Below are positions 6,726 to 15,026 of a stretch of 27,427 bases of DNA, in pieces (the stretch's first letter is position 1; each line of letters starts with the position of its first letter). The stretch spans positions 1 through 27,427 of the forward strand of contig CAWBYW010000022.1 of NCBI GenBank assembly GCA_963792965.1. Reading direction: 5' to 3'. This DNA comes from an uncultured delta proteobacterium (GTDB lineage: Bacteria > Desulfobacterota > Zymogenia > Zymogenales > Zymogenaceae). A program made the translations under genes and the position numbers. Under the pieces are notes generated by a model that saw only the letters and a list, made by a program, of their open reading frames with translations, searched no databases and was not told the origin of the DNA.

Positions 6726-9111
6726 CTAAATCTCGTACTCGGTGCGGCAGATGATCTCGTCCTGCGCAGTATCCGAAAGACCCGTGAAGAGGACGGAGTA
6801 GCCGCTGATTCTGACCACGAGGTCCTTGTATTTCTCCGGCTCCCTCTGGGCGGCGCGCAAGACGTCGGAATCGACCATGTTGAACTGGACCTGCATCCCC
6901 CCCTTGTCGAAGTAGGTCTTGATGAACGCGAGGAGGTTTTCCGGCCGGATCTTCTTGCCGGGGAACCGCAGGTTGAGGTTTGCGCCGTTGTGGAGGCGGA
7001 AAAGCGGAAGCTTGGTCACCGAGTTGATCACCGCGGTCGGGCCGGCTGTCGCGTTTCCGGTGGTCGGGGTCAGTCCGTTTCCCAGGATGTCGCCGGACGA
7101 CCGGCCGTCGGGTGTCGCGGCGGTGAAGGCGCCGATGGCGATGTGGAAGCCCACCGAGAAGATGCCCGGCCAGTAAGAGCCGCCCCGGTAGTTCTTATGT
7201 TTCGCAAGCTCGTCGCAGTAGTTGTCCACGACCCACCCGGCCATTTCGTCCACGTCGTCGATATCGTTTCCGTACTTGGGAACCCGAGTCAGGAAATAGG
7301 CGCGCTTGTCCTCGGCGTCCGTCCAATCGTCGGCAAGGTGCGCGGCAAGCTCGCCATGGTCATGACCTTCTCGTCGAAGACCGTCTTCTTGACGGCGTAG
7401 AGGCTGTCGGCGACATTGGCAAAGCCCATGAACTGTACGCCGGTGGAGTTATAGACCGCCCCGCCCTCGGTGGCGTCCATCCCTTTGTCGAGCAGCCGTC
7501 GATCATCGCCGAGGCAAAGGGCGACGGCGCAAGCTCGGCCACCGCCTGATCCATACAGGTCATGCCCCGCGCCATCTGCCCGATGAAGTGGGACAGCTGG
7601 GCGCTGTAGGCCTTCTTCACATCTTCGAATGTCGTGAATTTCTCGGGGTCGCCGGTCTCGGGGCCCGACTTGATAGCCGAAGGTGTTGTCGATGCCGTTT
7701 GACAGCGCAAGCTCCAGGCACTTGATCCCGTTGAACTGCACCGCGAAGGTGGAGCCGTAGGTCTTTCCCTGGGCGTTGGGCTCAAGACACCCGACCACCC
7801 CGTAGTTGCGGGCGTCGCTTATCGTGTGGCCGCCGGAAGTCAGGGCCTTGACGATCGCCTCATCGTTGAAGAAGTGCATCAGCACTCCCTCTTTGGCGTA
7901 CGTCACCGCCCGCATGAAGAAATCACGGGGGCTCTTTTCGCTGATCCTGACGCCGAAGTTGGGCTGGACCGTCCGAATGTCGGCATAGGCGTCGAGTCCG
8001 ATGTACTGACATCTCGGTGACGGCATCGTTTCCCTTCTCATCGATGCCGCCCACGACGACGTTCTGGGTGGTCTTGCCCTCCGTGCCCTCTCCGCCGGGG
8101 ATGAAGGCCTCCTCCAGCACGTTCCAGATCTCGCAGGTCTTGAGGAAGAGCAGCGAGAGGAGCTCCTTGGCCGCGTCATAGGTGATCGTGCCGGCCTTTT
8201 TGTCCGCCGCATAGTAGGGGTCGAGGATTTTGTCGATGCGCCCCAGCGAGATGGAGTTCCCCCCCGACTCGATCTGTGAGATCAGGTGGATGAAATAGAC
8301 GGACTGGACGGCCTCATGGTACGTGCGGGCGGGATGCTCCGGGACGTGGGAGCAGACCCGGGCGATATTGAGGAGCTCGGCCTTGCGTACGGCATCTTTT
8401 TCTTTTTCGGCCATCGTCTGGGCAACCCACGCGTAGCGGTTTGCAAAACGCACCGCCGCCTCAAGGCTTCTGATGACCGCCTCGTAGAAGAGGCCCTTCT
8501 TGCCCTGTCTTTATCCGACGCCGAGCAGCGCCGCAAGCTTGCCACGCGTTTCATCGATGATACCCCTGCAGCCCAACCCTGAGCACCCTGTCGTGATCCA
8601 TCGTGAAGTGCCCGACGCCGTAGGTGATCTCGAGCATCATCGTGAAGATATACTTATCCATGTCGTCGGACACGTCGGGGGGCAGAAGCTCCATCAACCT
8701 CTCCTCGACCGTCTTACCGTTCCAGAACGGGAGGATGTCCCGGGCGAGCTCTTCCTTCTCCGCCTCGGTGATGAGCGCCCGCTGGAGGACCCGCTCGTTG
8801 AAGCCTTCCAGGTCTCCCTCGATCCATTTGGACTTGTTTTCGGGGAAGAGCGGCGCCCCCTTCTTCTTCTCGGTCCTCGTGCCCACGATGAGCTCGCCCT
8901 CCCGGATGACGACGCTGATGCTGTCGAGGATATCCGACAGGGCCATGCTCATGCGCACGACGGCGGGCTTGTCCCAGTTTTGCTTCATCGACCGCGTGAG
9001 GAACCGTGCCCGCTCGATGCTCACTTCCTGGGGGGCGTCGATGATCGCTTCCCTCAATCTCCAGACACGCCTGCCGGCGTTTTTTTGTGCCTGCGCCTCT
9101 TGGGACAACAT
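6726..9111 (-). CDS. Glycyl radical enzyme (PFL2/glycerol dehydratase-like eliminase family), ~795 aa, interrupted by about 7 single-base indels
   Basis: ATG at 9111 with a GAGGAGG RBS. Collinear fragments: SIERARFLT..IREGELIVG; YGVGHF; PARTYHEAVQS..QIESGGNSISLGRID; QNVVVGG; VVGCLEP (Cys codon 7787-7789); NVADSLYAVKK; PKYGND; ATPDGR; QVQFN; LVVRISGYS (Gly codon 6801-6803). Frame changes near 8563, 8525, 8503, 8010, 7670, 7492 and 7353. Confidence 0.92.
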
Positions 9112-9174
9112 GGTCGTCCTCCTCTCTAAAAGCCTTCTCACTCGTCGGATAAATGCCGACAATACTTATATACT

Positions 9175-9203
9175 ATTATCCCACCTACAGAAACGGTTTT
9201 CAA
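9175..9203 (-). promoter_or_regulatory. Putative internal sigma70 promoter upstream of the GRE
   Basis: Minus strand TTGAAA (9203-9198), 17-nt spacer, GATAAT (9180-9175), in an AT-rich gap 63 bp before the GRE ATG. Confidence 0.55.
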
Positions 9204-9208
9204 GCGAT

Positions 9209-10039
9209 TTATACCCGTATCTTCATGTAGCTCTCGAGGATGAAATCCTTGACCCGCATCGGCAGGAAGCGGTTAAGCTTCAAAAGGAAGGCGTCCGCAA
9301 AGAGGATCTGGTTGAAGAACTTCGGATGCTCCTTTTCGACGATTTTCACGATCGTCTTGGCGGCCGCTTCAGGTGTCGGCGCGCTCTTGATGAGCTCATT
9401 GTCCCGATCGATGAAGCGCTTGACCCGGTCGCGGTAGGGTGATCCGTCGGGCGGCAGCTTGTGGATCTTGGCGGCAAAGGTCGTTGCCACCTGGGCGGGC
9501 TCGATGATCGCCACCCTGATCCCGAAGGGCTTTACCTCATACTTGAGCGACTCGACAAAACCGGAGATGGCAAACTTGGATGCGGTGTAAATGGACTCGA
9601 AGGGAAAGGGAACGCGGCCCACGAGCGACGACATGGCGATCAGTCTTCCCTTCTTCACCTTACGCATCGACGGGATGAAAGCCTGAAAGATTGCCATAGC
9701 GCCGATGACATTGATCTCGAGGCACTTGAGGGCCTTTTCGAGGTCGATCTCCTCAAACGGGCCGAAGAAGCCGATGCCCACGTTGGAAAGCACGATGTCG
9801 ACTGTGCCGTATTTTTTTAGGACATCGTCGCGGAATTTGAGTATACCTTTTCGGTCGGTAATGTCCATCGCGGTGAGGTGGTGATCACCACCGATTGTGG
9901 AGAGCTCTTTCTTGAGCGACTCGATGCCCGCCTTATTGACGTCGAAGCCCGCGATCGCGTAGCCTTTCTTGGCGAGGATCAGGGCAACTTCCCGGCCCAT
10001 CCCTTCGCCGAGGCCGGTAATGACGATGGTCTTTTTCAT
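9209..10039 (-). CDS. Classical short-chain dehydrogenase/reductase (SDR)
   Basis: TGLGEGMG (TGxxxGxG), acidic residue after beta2 (GFD, suggests NAD), SNVG, catalytic S and YTASK, IEPAQVAT. Confidence 0.92.
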   Translation of the reverse strand: MKKTIVITGLGEGMGREVALILAKKGYAIAGFDVNKAGIESLKKELSTIGGDHHLTAMDITDRKGILKFRDDVLKKYGTVDIVLSNVGIGFFGPFEEIDLEKALKCLEINVIGAMAIFQAFIPSMRKVKKGRLIAMSSLVGRVPFPFESIYTASKFAISGFVESLKYEVKPFGIRVAIIEPAQVATTFAAKIHKLPPDGSPYRDRVKRFIDRDNELIKSAPTPEAAAKTIVKIVEKEHPKFFNQILFADAFLLKLNRFLPMRVKDFILESYMKIRV

Positions 10040-10153
10040 AATGACTCCGTATGAAATGTTACTGATGAGAAAACTCTCTTATATCCGGATCGGTGACGGC
10101 ACAACACCCGATTCACCGACGCACAGCGGGTCCTTACATAGCCGGGGAGATCG

Positions 10154-11149
10154 TCATCGTATCTCCAGTTTCCCCTCCCGATAGAGTCTCCCGATCTCTT
10201 CCATCGATTTTGTGAAGTCGGGGTAAAGAAGGGTGAAGCCGGTTTTCTTGAGCTTCGCGTTATCCACCACATAATCGTCGTAGAGGTAGCGAACCGCGTC
10301 GTACTCGAGGTCAGGGATCTTCCCCCTCGATGCCGAGACCCATCCGTCAAGGCGGGCGGCAATCTTGACGAGCCACAGCGGGAGATGAAGCGAAGGCCGC
10401 TTACCGGTAAACGCGAGCGCCGCGAGGGTCAGCGCCTCCCCCACGGTGGGGTTTGAATCGTCGGCGATATTATAGGCCTCCCCACTGATCCCGTCGATCG
10501 TCGACAGGTGCGCTACCGCCCGGGCCACGTCCTCGGCCCTGATATTGGCAAGGAGCCGTTTTCCGTCGCCCGGGATCGCGGCGATCGAGGTCGGCCGGGA
10601 GAAGGCCTTTCCCGCTCCGTCGGTGCATCGCGGTCCGTAGACCGTACAGGGCCGCAACAATACGGCGTTGAGGCCCTTTTCGATCGCCTTTTTGAGCATG
10701 TCTTCCCCGTCCCGCTTGCTCCTCCCGTAGTTGTCCTGGGGTTCCCTCGGCGAGTCCTCGCGAAAGGGGGTGCCCCGATAGGGACCATAGACGCTCGTCG
10801 AGGTCACATGGACGAAGCGTTTAACCCCGGCCTTGAGCGCCTCGTCGGTGATCAGCTTTACGCCAAGGACGTTTGTGGGATAGAGTTTTTCGTAGGGCGT
10901 TGAGAAGTTACAGATTGCCCCCAGGTGAATAACCCGGTCGACCCCGCCGGAAAAGAGGGGTGGTACGGTCTCGGGCCTGGTCAGATCGGCGGCCTGGTAC
11001 TGGACTCCGAGGCGATCGAAAAATGACGTGTCCTTTCGGGGTCGGGCGGTGGCCCGGACGGTGACACCCGACTTCGCCAGGTGCTCGACCACGTGGCTCC
11101 CCATGAATCCCGCGGCCCCCGTTACGAGTGTTATCCCTGAAAACTTCAT
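10154..11149 (-). CDS. Extended SDR, NAD(P)-dependent epimerase/dehydratase or 3-beta-HSD-like
   Basis: TGAAGFMG, HLGA, TNVLG, TSTSVYG, YGRSK, LRPCTVYGP. Confidence 0.9.
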   Translation of the reverse strand: MKFSGITLVTGAAGFMGSHVVEHLAKSGVTVRATARPRKDTSFFDRLGVQYQAADLTRPETVPPLFSGGVDRVIHLGAICNFSTPYEKLYPTNVLGVKLITDEALKAGVKRFVHVTSTSVYGPYRGTPFREDSPREPQDNYGRSKRDGEDMLKKAIEKGLNAVLLRPCTVYGPRCTDGAGKAFSRPTSIAAIPGDGKRLLANIRAEDVARAVAHLSTIDGISGEAYNIADDSNPTVGEALTLAALAFTGKRPSLHLPLWLVKIAARLDGWVSASRGKIPDLEYDAVRYLYDDYVVDNAKLKKTGFTLLYPDFTKSMEEIGRLYREGKLEIR

Positions 11150-11195
11150 GGTTTACTCCCTCCTGAGATTCTATCGAGCGGGCGCTCGGCCCGTT

Positions 11196-11744
11196 TCAGA
11201 CGACCGTTTTCTTTCTTACCGCCGGGACTTCCGCCTCTATCTCCTGTTTCGCCTTGACAAGCCATTCGAGCATCCCCTCGTTGAGCGATATCCCAAGCTC
11301 TCTCATGAGCCGCGCGTAGACGGTTTCATTTTGGTTCACCTCGTAGCGCTCCTGCCTCTTCCTGAGCACCTGTCGATAGCTGTCGATCTGGGCTTCGATG
11401 ATCTCGAGCGCCTTCTCTTTATCGCCGAACGAGAAAAATATGAACTTCAGCAGGAAGGGGTCACGGATGAGCATATCACGCTCGGGTGCGGACTGGAGCC
11501 ACTCGGAAAAGGCTTCCCTCCCCTTGTCGGTGATGGAATAGAGCTTTCTGTCGGGCGCGTTCTTTTGGGCCACGTCTCTCTTCGTGACGAGTCCATCCTG
11601 TTCGAGCCTTTTTAGGGTCGGATAGATCTGGCCGAAGTTGATGGACCACATGAACCCGAAGTCATTTTCGATGATCTCCTTGAGGCGGTAGCCGTGCATG
11701 TCTTTATAGTGAAGCAGCCCCAGAATGGCGTATTTGACGGACAT
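11196..11744 (-). CDS. PadR/AphA family transcriptional regulator
   Basis: KYAILGLL..MHGYRLK..GQIYPTLKRLE..PDRKLYSITDKGR..EWL, plus a C-terminal RDPFLLK helical domain. Confidence 0.95.
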   Translation of the reverse strand: MSVKYAILGLLHYKDMHGYRLKEIIENDFGFMWSINFGQIYPTLKRLEQDGLVTKRDVAQKNAPDRKLYSITDKGREAFSEWLQSAPERDMLIRDPFLLKFIFFSFGDKEKALEIIEAQIDSYRQVLRKRQERYEVNQNETVYARLMRELGISLNEGMLEWLVKAKQEIEAEVPAVRKKTVV

Positions 11745-11856
11745 CGATAATTCCTCTCAGAGAATGTTTGTGGTGGCTCCGGCAGGTCTAAGCGTACGAA
11801 AACACTCGAAAAAGTGCGACGTGTTCTCACGACAGGAGCGCTTAGCCCTGTCGAAG

Positions 11857-11888
11857 TATATCGGAAGTATATATATCGAAATTATATA
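11857..11888. promoter_or_regulatory. Tandem palindromic operator, probably bound by PadR
   Basis: TATAT-CGGAAGT-ATATA (11857-11873) and TATAT-CGAAATT-ATATA (11872-11888) overlap the -10 box and the spacer of the promoter. Confidence 0.6.
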
Positions 11889-11894
11889 AGTCAA
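11866..11894 (-). promoter_or_regulatory. sigma70 promoter of the padR-GRE cluster
   Basis: Minus strand TTGACT (11894-11889), 17-nt spacer, TATACT (11871-11866); both hexamers are 5/6 matches to consensus. Confidence 0.75.
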
Positions 11895-12126
11895 GAAATT
11901 TTTGGCAAGAGGCATATGAAATCTATGGCGATGGCGGCGCCTGCCCGCGAGAACCAATGCGGTTTTCTCTTCCTCTTTCAGGGCCGTGCCCACGCCGCCG
12001 CAAGCCCCGGCAGGAAAAGCCACGTCGTGGATAGATTTATGTTGTAACGGCCGGACTTATCTGTTATAGATTATGCCGTCATCACGAGAAGCTGTGAAGC
12101 GTAGACTTTTTTCAGGGAGATTTCCA

Positions 12127-12744
12127 ATGCCACTGAAAGAAAAGATACCCAATCAGATGCTCCACATGGTCCTGTTAACCCTCGATGAGGTCATGGGAAC
12201 AAACGCGGTTAAGTCGATCCTCAACTTCGCGCATCTCCAAAAATTTATAGACAATTACCCGCCGAGTGATTTCAACGATGAGCATTACGTCCTGGACTTT
12301 ACCCGACTGATTGGAGGAATCATCGATCTCGTCGGTGAGCGCGGCGCGCGGGCTATCATGTTCCGCGGGGGCGTGAGGGGATTTGAAATCACGCTTGAGC
12401 AGTTCCCGTCGCTCGTGAATATTGAAGGCATTAAACCCGAGGAAAGAACCGACGAGAGGATGTTTGACGAGTTTCAGCGGATTTATGGGATTATAGTCCA
12501 GTCGGGGGTTTCCATCTTCGGAGACGTCTACAAGTATTACCCGTGCGAAGAAGGGGTTGCGCTGGAGATCTCGCCCTGCTACTTCTGCGTCGGTCTCAAG
12601 GCGCAGGACCCGATATGCAACGCTCAGCTCGGCTACCAGTTCGGAATCGGGCGCTGGATTCTCGGCAAAGAAATCAAGGTCGAGGAAACCCACTGTATTG
12701 CGAAGGGCGACCCGATGTGCCGATTCGTCATGCACCGGCCCTGA
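12127..12744 (+). CDS. Stand-alone V4R (4-vinyl reductase-like) domain protein
   Basis: ATG at 12127 after GGGAGA. SPCYFC..PICNAQLG..VEETHCIAKGDPMCRF is the V4R signature. Confidence 0.85.
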   Translation: MPLKEKIPNQMLHMVLLTLDEVMGTNAVKSILNFAHLQKFIDNYPPSDFNDEHYVLDFTRLIGGIIDLVGERGARAIMFRGGVRGFEITLEQFPSLVNIEGIKPEERTDERMFDEFQRIYGIIVQSGVSIFGDVYKYYPCEEGVALEISPCYFCVGLKAQDPICNAQLGYQFGIGRWILGKEIKVEETHCIAKGDPMCRFVMHRP

Positions 12745-12977
12745 TACGCGAGGAGCCCCGAAAAATCGATGCGCCGTCTTCACAACCGGCGCCCGTCGGG
12801 TACCGTTTTAGCCGCCCCTTTCGATTGATTCTTCCCGGAGTCCCCCACGGATATTCTTCTTACCCACACCGTCGGTATAAAAGAAGGGATCCAGAGACCC
12901 CGGCGACCACATGAACCAGGCCCGCCCCGAGATCCGAAACCGGACTGAGTCGAGGGAGGACGCTTAATACCGCCCCA

Positions 12978-13006
12978 TTGACAAGACAACCGATCAAGCA
13001 TATACT
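12978..13006 (+). promoter_or_regulatory. sigma70 promoter
   Basis: TTGACA (12978-12983), 17-nt spacer, TATACT (13001-13006). Confidence 0.75.
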
Positions 13007-13102
13007 ATTATTAAGAAGAGTATGCGTCTTTTCCGACGCAAATCAAAGAGTGGCGCTATTCATTGGATTTGAGGATAGGGAAAGGATAAAAGCGGAATAT
13101 CG

Positions 13103-13303
13103 ATGGGAATAATATTAGTGATACTCCTGGCCCTGATCGGCTGGGTCATTTATCGCTATCTGTCTCAGGGCAGGCTTGAGATCCTGAGATCCGAGATTCC
13201 CGGATCGAAGGAAACCCCCGAGGACATCCTGGACAGGAGACTCGCCGAGGGGAAGATCAACCAAGAGGAATACGGACACATCCGACGGACCCTCCACTCG
13301 TGA
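13103..13303 (+). CDS. Small membrane protein with SHOCT domain
   Basis: N-terminal TM helix, then PEDILDRRLAEGKINQEEY. Confidence 0.8.
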   Translation: MGIILVILLALIGWVIYRYLSQGRLEILRSEIPGSKETPEDILDRRLAEGKINQEEYGHIRRTLHS

Positions 13304-13350
13304 AATTGAGAGCGGAGGGCCGGTCGGCTCGCTGGTGATGGAGGAAGACG

Positions 13351-13659
13351 ATGTTTGAGACACTGATGCAATCGGCAACCTATTTCCTGCCGGCGCTGCG
13401 CTGGTGGGGGGGTGGCTACTACGGCGGCCCGGGATACGGCATGATGGGGTGGTATTCACCCTTCTGGATGATCCTCCACGGGCTGTTCTGGATTGTCGTG
13501 CTCGTCGTGATTATCTGGGCGATCGTGCGACTGACGAGAAGCAAGACAATGGCCCATACCGGGACGCCATTGGATATTCTCAAGCGGAGGCTCGCGTCGG
13601 GCGAGATATCTGCTGAGGAGTTTGCGAAGATCAAGAAGACCCTCGACGATAAGAAGTAA
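13351..13659 (+). CDS. Membrane protein with SHOCT domain and a Gly/Met-rich N-terminus
   Basis: GGAGG RBS; GPGYGMMGW, a TM helix, then PLDILKRRLASGEISAEEFAKIK. Confidence 0.85.
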   Translation: MFETLMQSATYFLPALRWWGGGYYGGPGYGMMGWYSPFWMILHGLFWIVVLVVIIWAIVRLTRSKTMAHTGTPLDILKRRLASGEISAEEFAKIKKTLDDKK

Positions 13660-13797
13660 CCGAGGGAATCTTTTTGGATTTTCACACATCCTGACGTGAA
13701 AGAAAGGATAACGCTGGATAATATACCCAGATCAGCCCTTTGACGGCAGTTGATTCTTGCTCAAGAATAACCATGAAACAAGAGAGAGGTGATAACC

Positions 13798-14193
13798 ATG
13801 AAGACAAGACTGACGTTTGCGGCCGTCCTGATGATGGCGGTTATCGCGTACGCGGCACTGCCCGCGCTGTCGGCCGAAACCCCGAAACCGTTCGTCGCCG
13901 ACCCCAAGGCAAAAGAAGTAACCATCGACATGAAGGCGTATAAGTATGCGTACGACCCCGGCGACATCACCGTGTACGAGGGACAGAAGATTACGCTCGT
14001 CATCACGGCCACCGACAGGGAGCACGGCTTCAAGCTCGACGCCTTTAACCTCAACACGAAGCTGCCGCAGGGAGTGCCCATCACGCTTACGTTTGTCGCC
14101 GACAAGGTCGGTGAGTTTCCCTTTAAGTGCACGGTCTTTTGCGGAATGGGCCACTTCAATATGAAGGGGACCCTCAAGGTCGTTAAACCATAA
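13798..14193 (+). CDS. Exported cupredoxin with a CuA-type copper site
   Basis: Signal peptide ending ALSA; DREHGF...FKCTVFCGMGHFNM (H..CxxxCxxxHxxM). Confidence 0.88.
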   Translation: MKTRLTFAAVLMMAVIAYAALPALSAETPKPFVADPKAKEVTIDMKAYKYAYDPGDITVYEGQKITLVITATDREHGFKLDAFNLNTKLPQGVPITLTFVADKVGEFPFKCTVFCGMGHFNMKGTLKVVKP

Positions 14194-14224
14194 AGCGACA
14201 AGATTTCAAGAAATACTCATTATC

Positions 14225-14260
14225 AAGGAGATTTCGACCTTTCGAAATCTCCTTTCTCTT
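14225..14260 (+). terminator. Intrinsic terminator
   Basis: AAGGAGATTTCGA-CCTT-TCGAAATCTCCTT, a 13-bp stem with a pyrimidine tail, after the cupredoxin gene. Confidence 0.7.
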
Positions 14261-14467
14261 ATCCAGGGTCATCCCGAACGACGTAGCGCAATCAAGAAAA
14301 CCGTGGTATAAATAGAAAGAAATACCGCGTGTCCAGTTGTCCGGCCGGACGAGCTTTTTGAAGCTGTCGGTTCATCGTGTTCTTCATTTTCTCCCTGAGA
14401 GTTCGGACGAGCGGTTTCCTTTACTTGTCTCGGCTCGATTCTATTACCCTGAGGAGGACCGTCATGA

Positions 14468-14950
14468 ATGCCAGGACGAAGATCGCGTCCACCATTGTTG
14501 CCCGTTGTTTTTTTGTGTATCGTCGCCCTCCTTGTTTCGCTGGTCCTTGCGCAATCGTGCGGGGCGCAGCACTATTCATCCAACGGAGAAAGAATCTATA
14601 CTACCGGCATTAACGACCAGGGCCAGCGTATTCCTTTCTACGGGGGCCCCATGTGGCTTTCCGCGCACGGCGGCAGCTGCGTGAACTGCCACGGTCCCGA
14701 GGGCCGCGGCGGCACGCCGGTCATGATGCTTCAGGTAATTCCCGCCGATATCCGTTACGATTCGCTGATCTCCGGGAAATATGACCCGAGCGGAGAGGCG
14801 GGGACCCCGTATACGGATGAACTGATCGTCCGGGCGATCCGAGAGGGGATCGACCCTGACGGTAAGCCTCTTTACCAGGGGATGCCGCGCTGGCAGATGA
14901 CCGATAAAGACGTCCATGACGTCATCGACTACTTGAAGCAGCTCAAGTAG
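14468..14950 (+). CDS. Monoheme c-type cytochrome, probable lipoprotein
   Basis: Hydrophobic signal with LAQSC; CVNCH; distal Met in GMPRW. GAGGAGG RBS at 14451-14457. An alternative start at 14464 would require an indel near 14500. Confidence 0.88.
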   Translation: MPGRRSRPPLLPVVFLCIVALLVSLVLAQSCGAQHYSSNGERIYTTGINDQGQRIPFYGGPMWLSAHGGSCVNCHGPEGRGGTPVMMLQVIPADIRYDSLISGKYDPSGEAGTPYTDELIVRAIREGIDPDGKPLYQGMPRWQMTDKDVHDVIDYLKQLK

Positions 14951-15026
14951 CGGGGAACACCGACCCGCGCGCGCGGGGGCGACACGCCCCCGCCATTTCC
15001 GCGAGCCGGGGATATGAGGCAGACTC

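Noticed and set aside
7340-8570. Programmed ribosomal frameshifting or a naturally split GRE
   Set aside because: Seven shifts in mixed directions, with no slippery heptamers or internal RBS-start pairs that I could see; indel error or decay is simpler.
6726-9111. Calling the GRE pyruvate formate-lyase, CutC, glycerol dehydratase or benzylsuccinate synthase
   Set aside because: It has no Cys-Cys pair, its pocket motifs differ from those I recall for CutC and GD, and it has no CMSP motif or small subunits.
13010-13080. c-di-GMP-I riboswitch, suggested by GACGCAAA
   Set aside because: The upstream GGCAAA and GNRA-loop stem of that riboswitch are missing.
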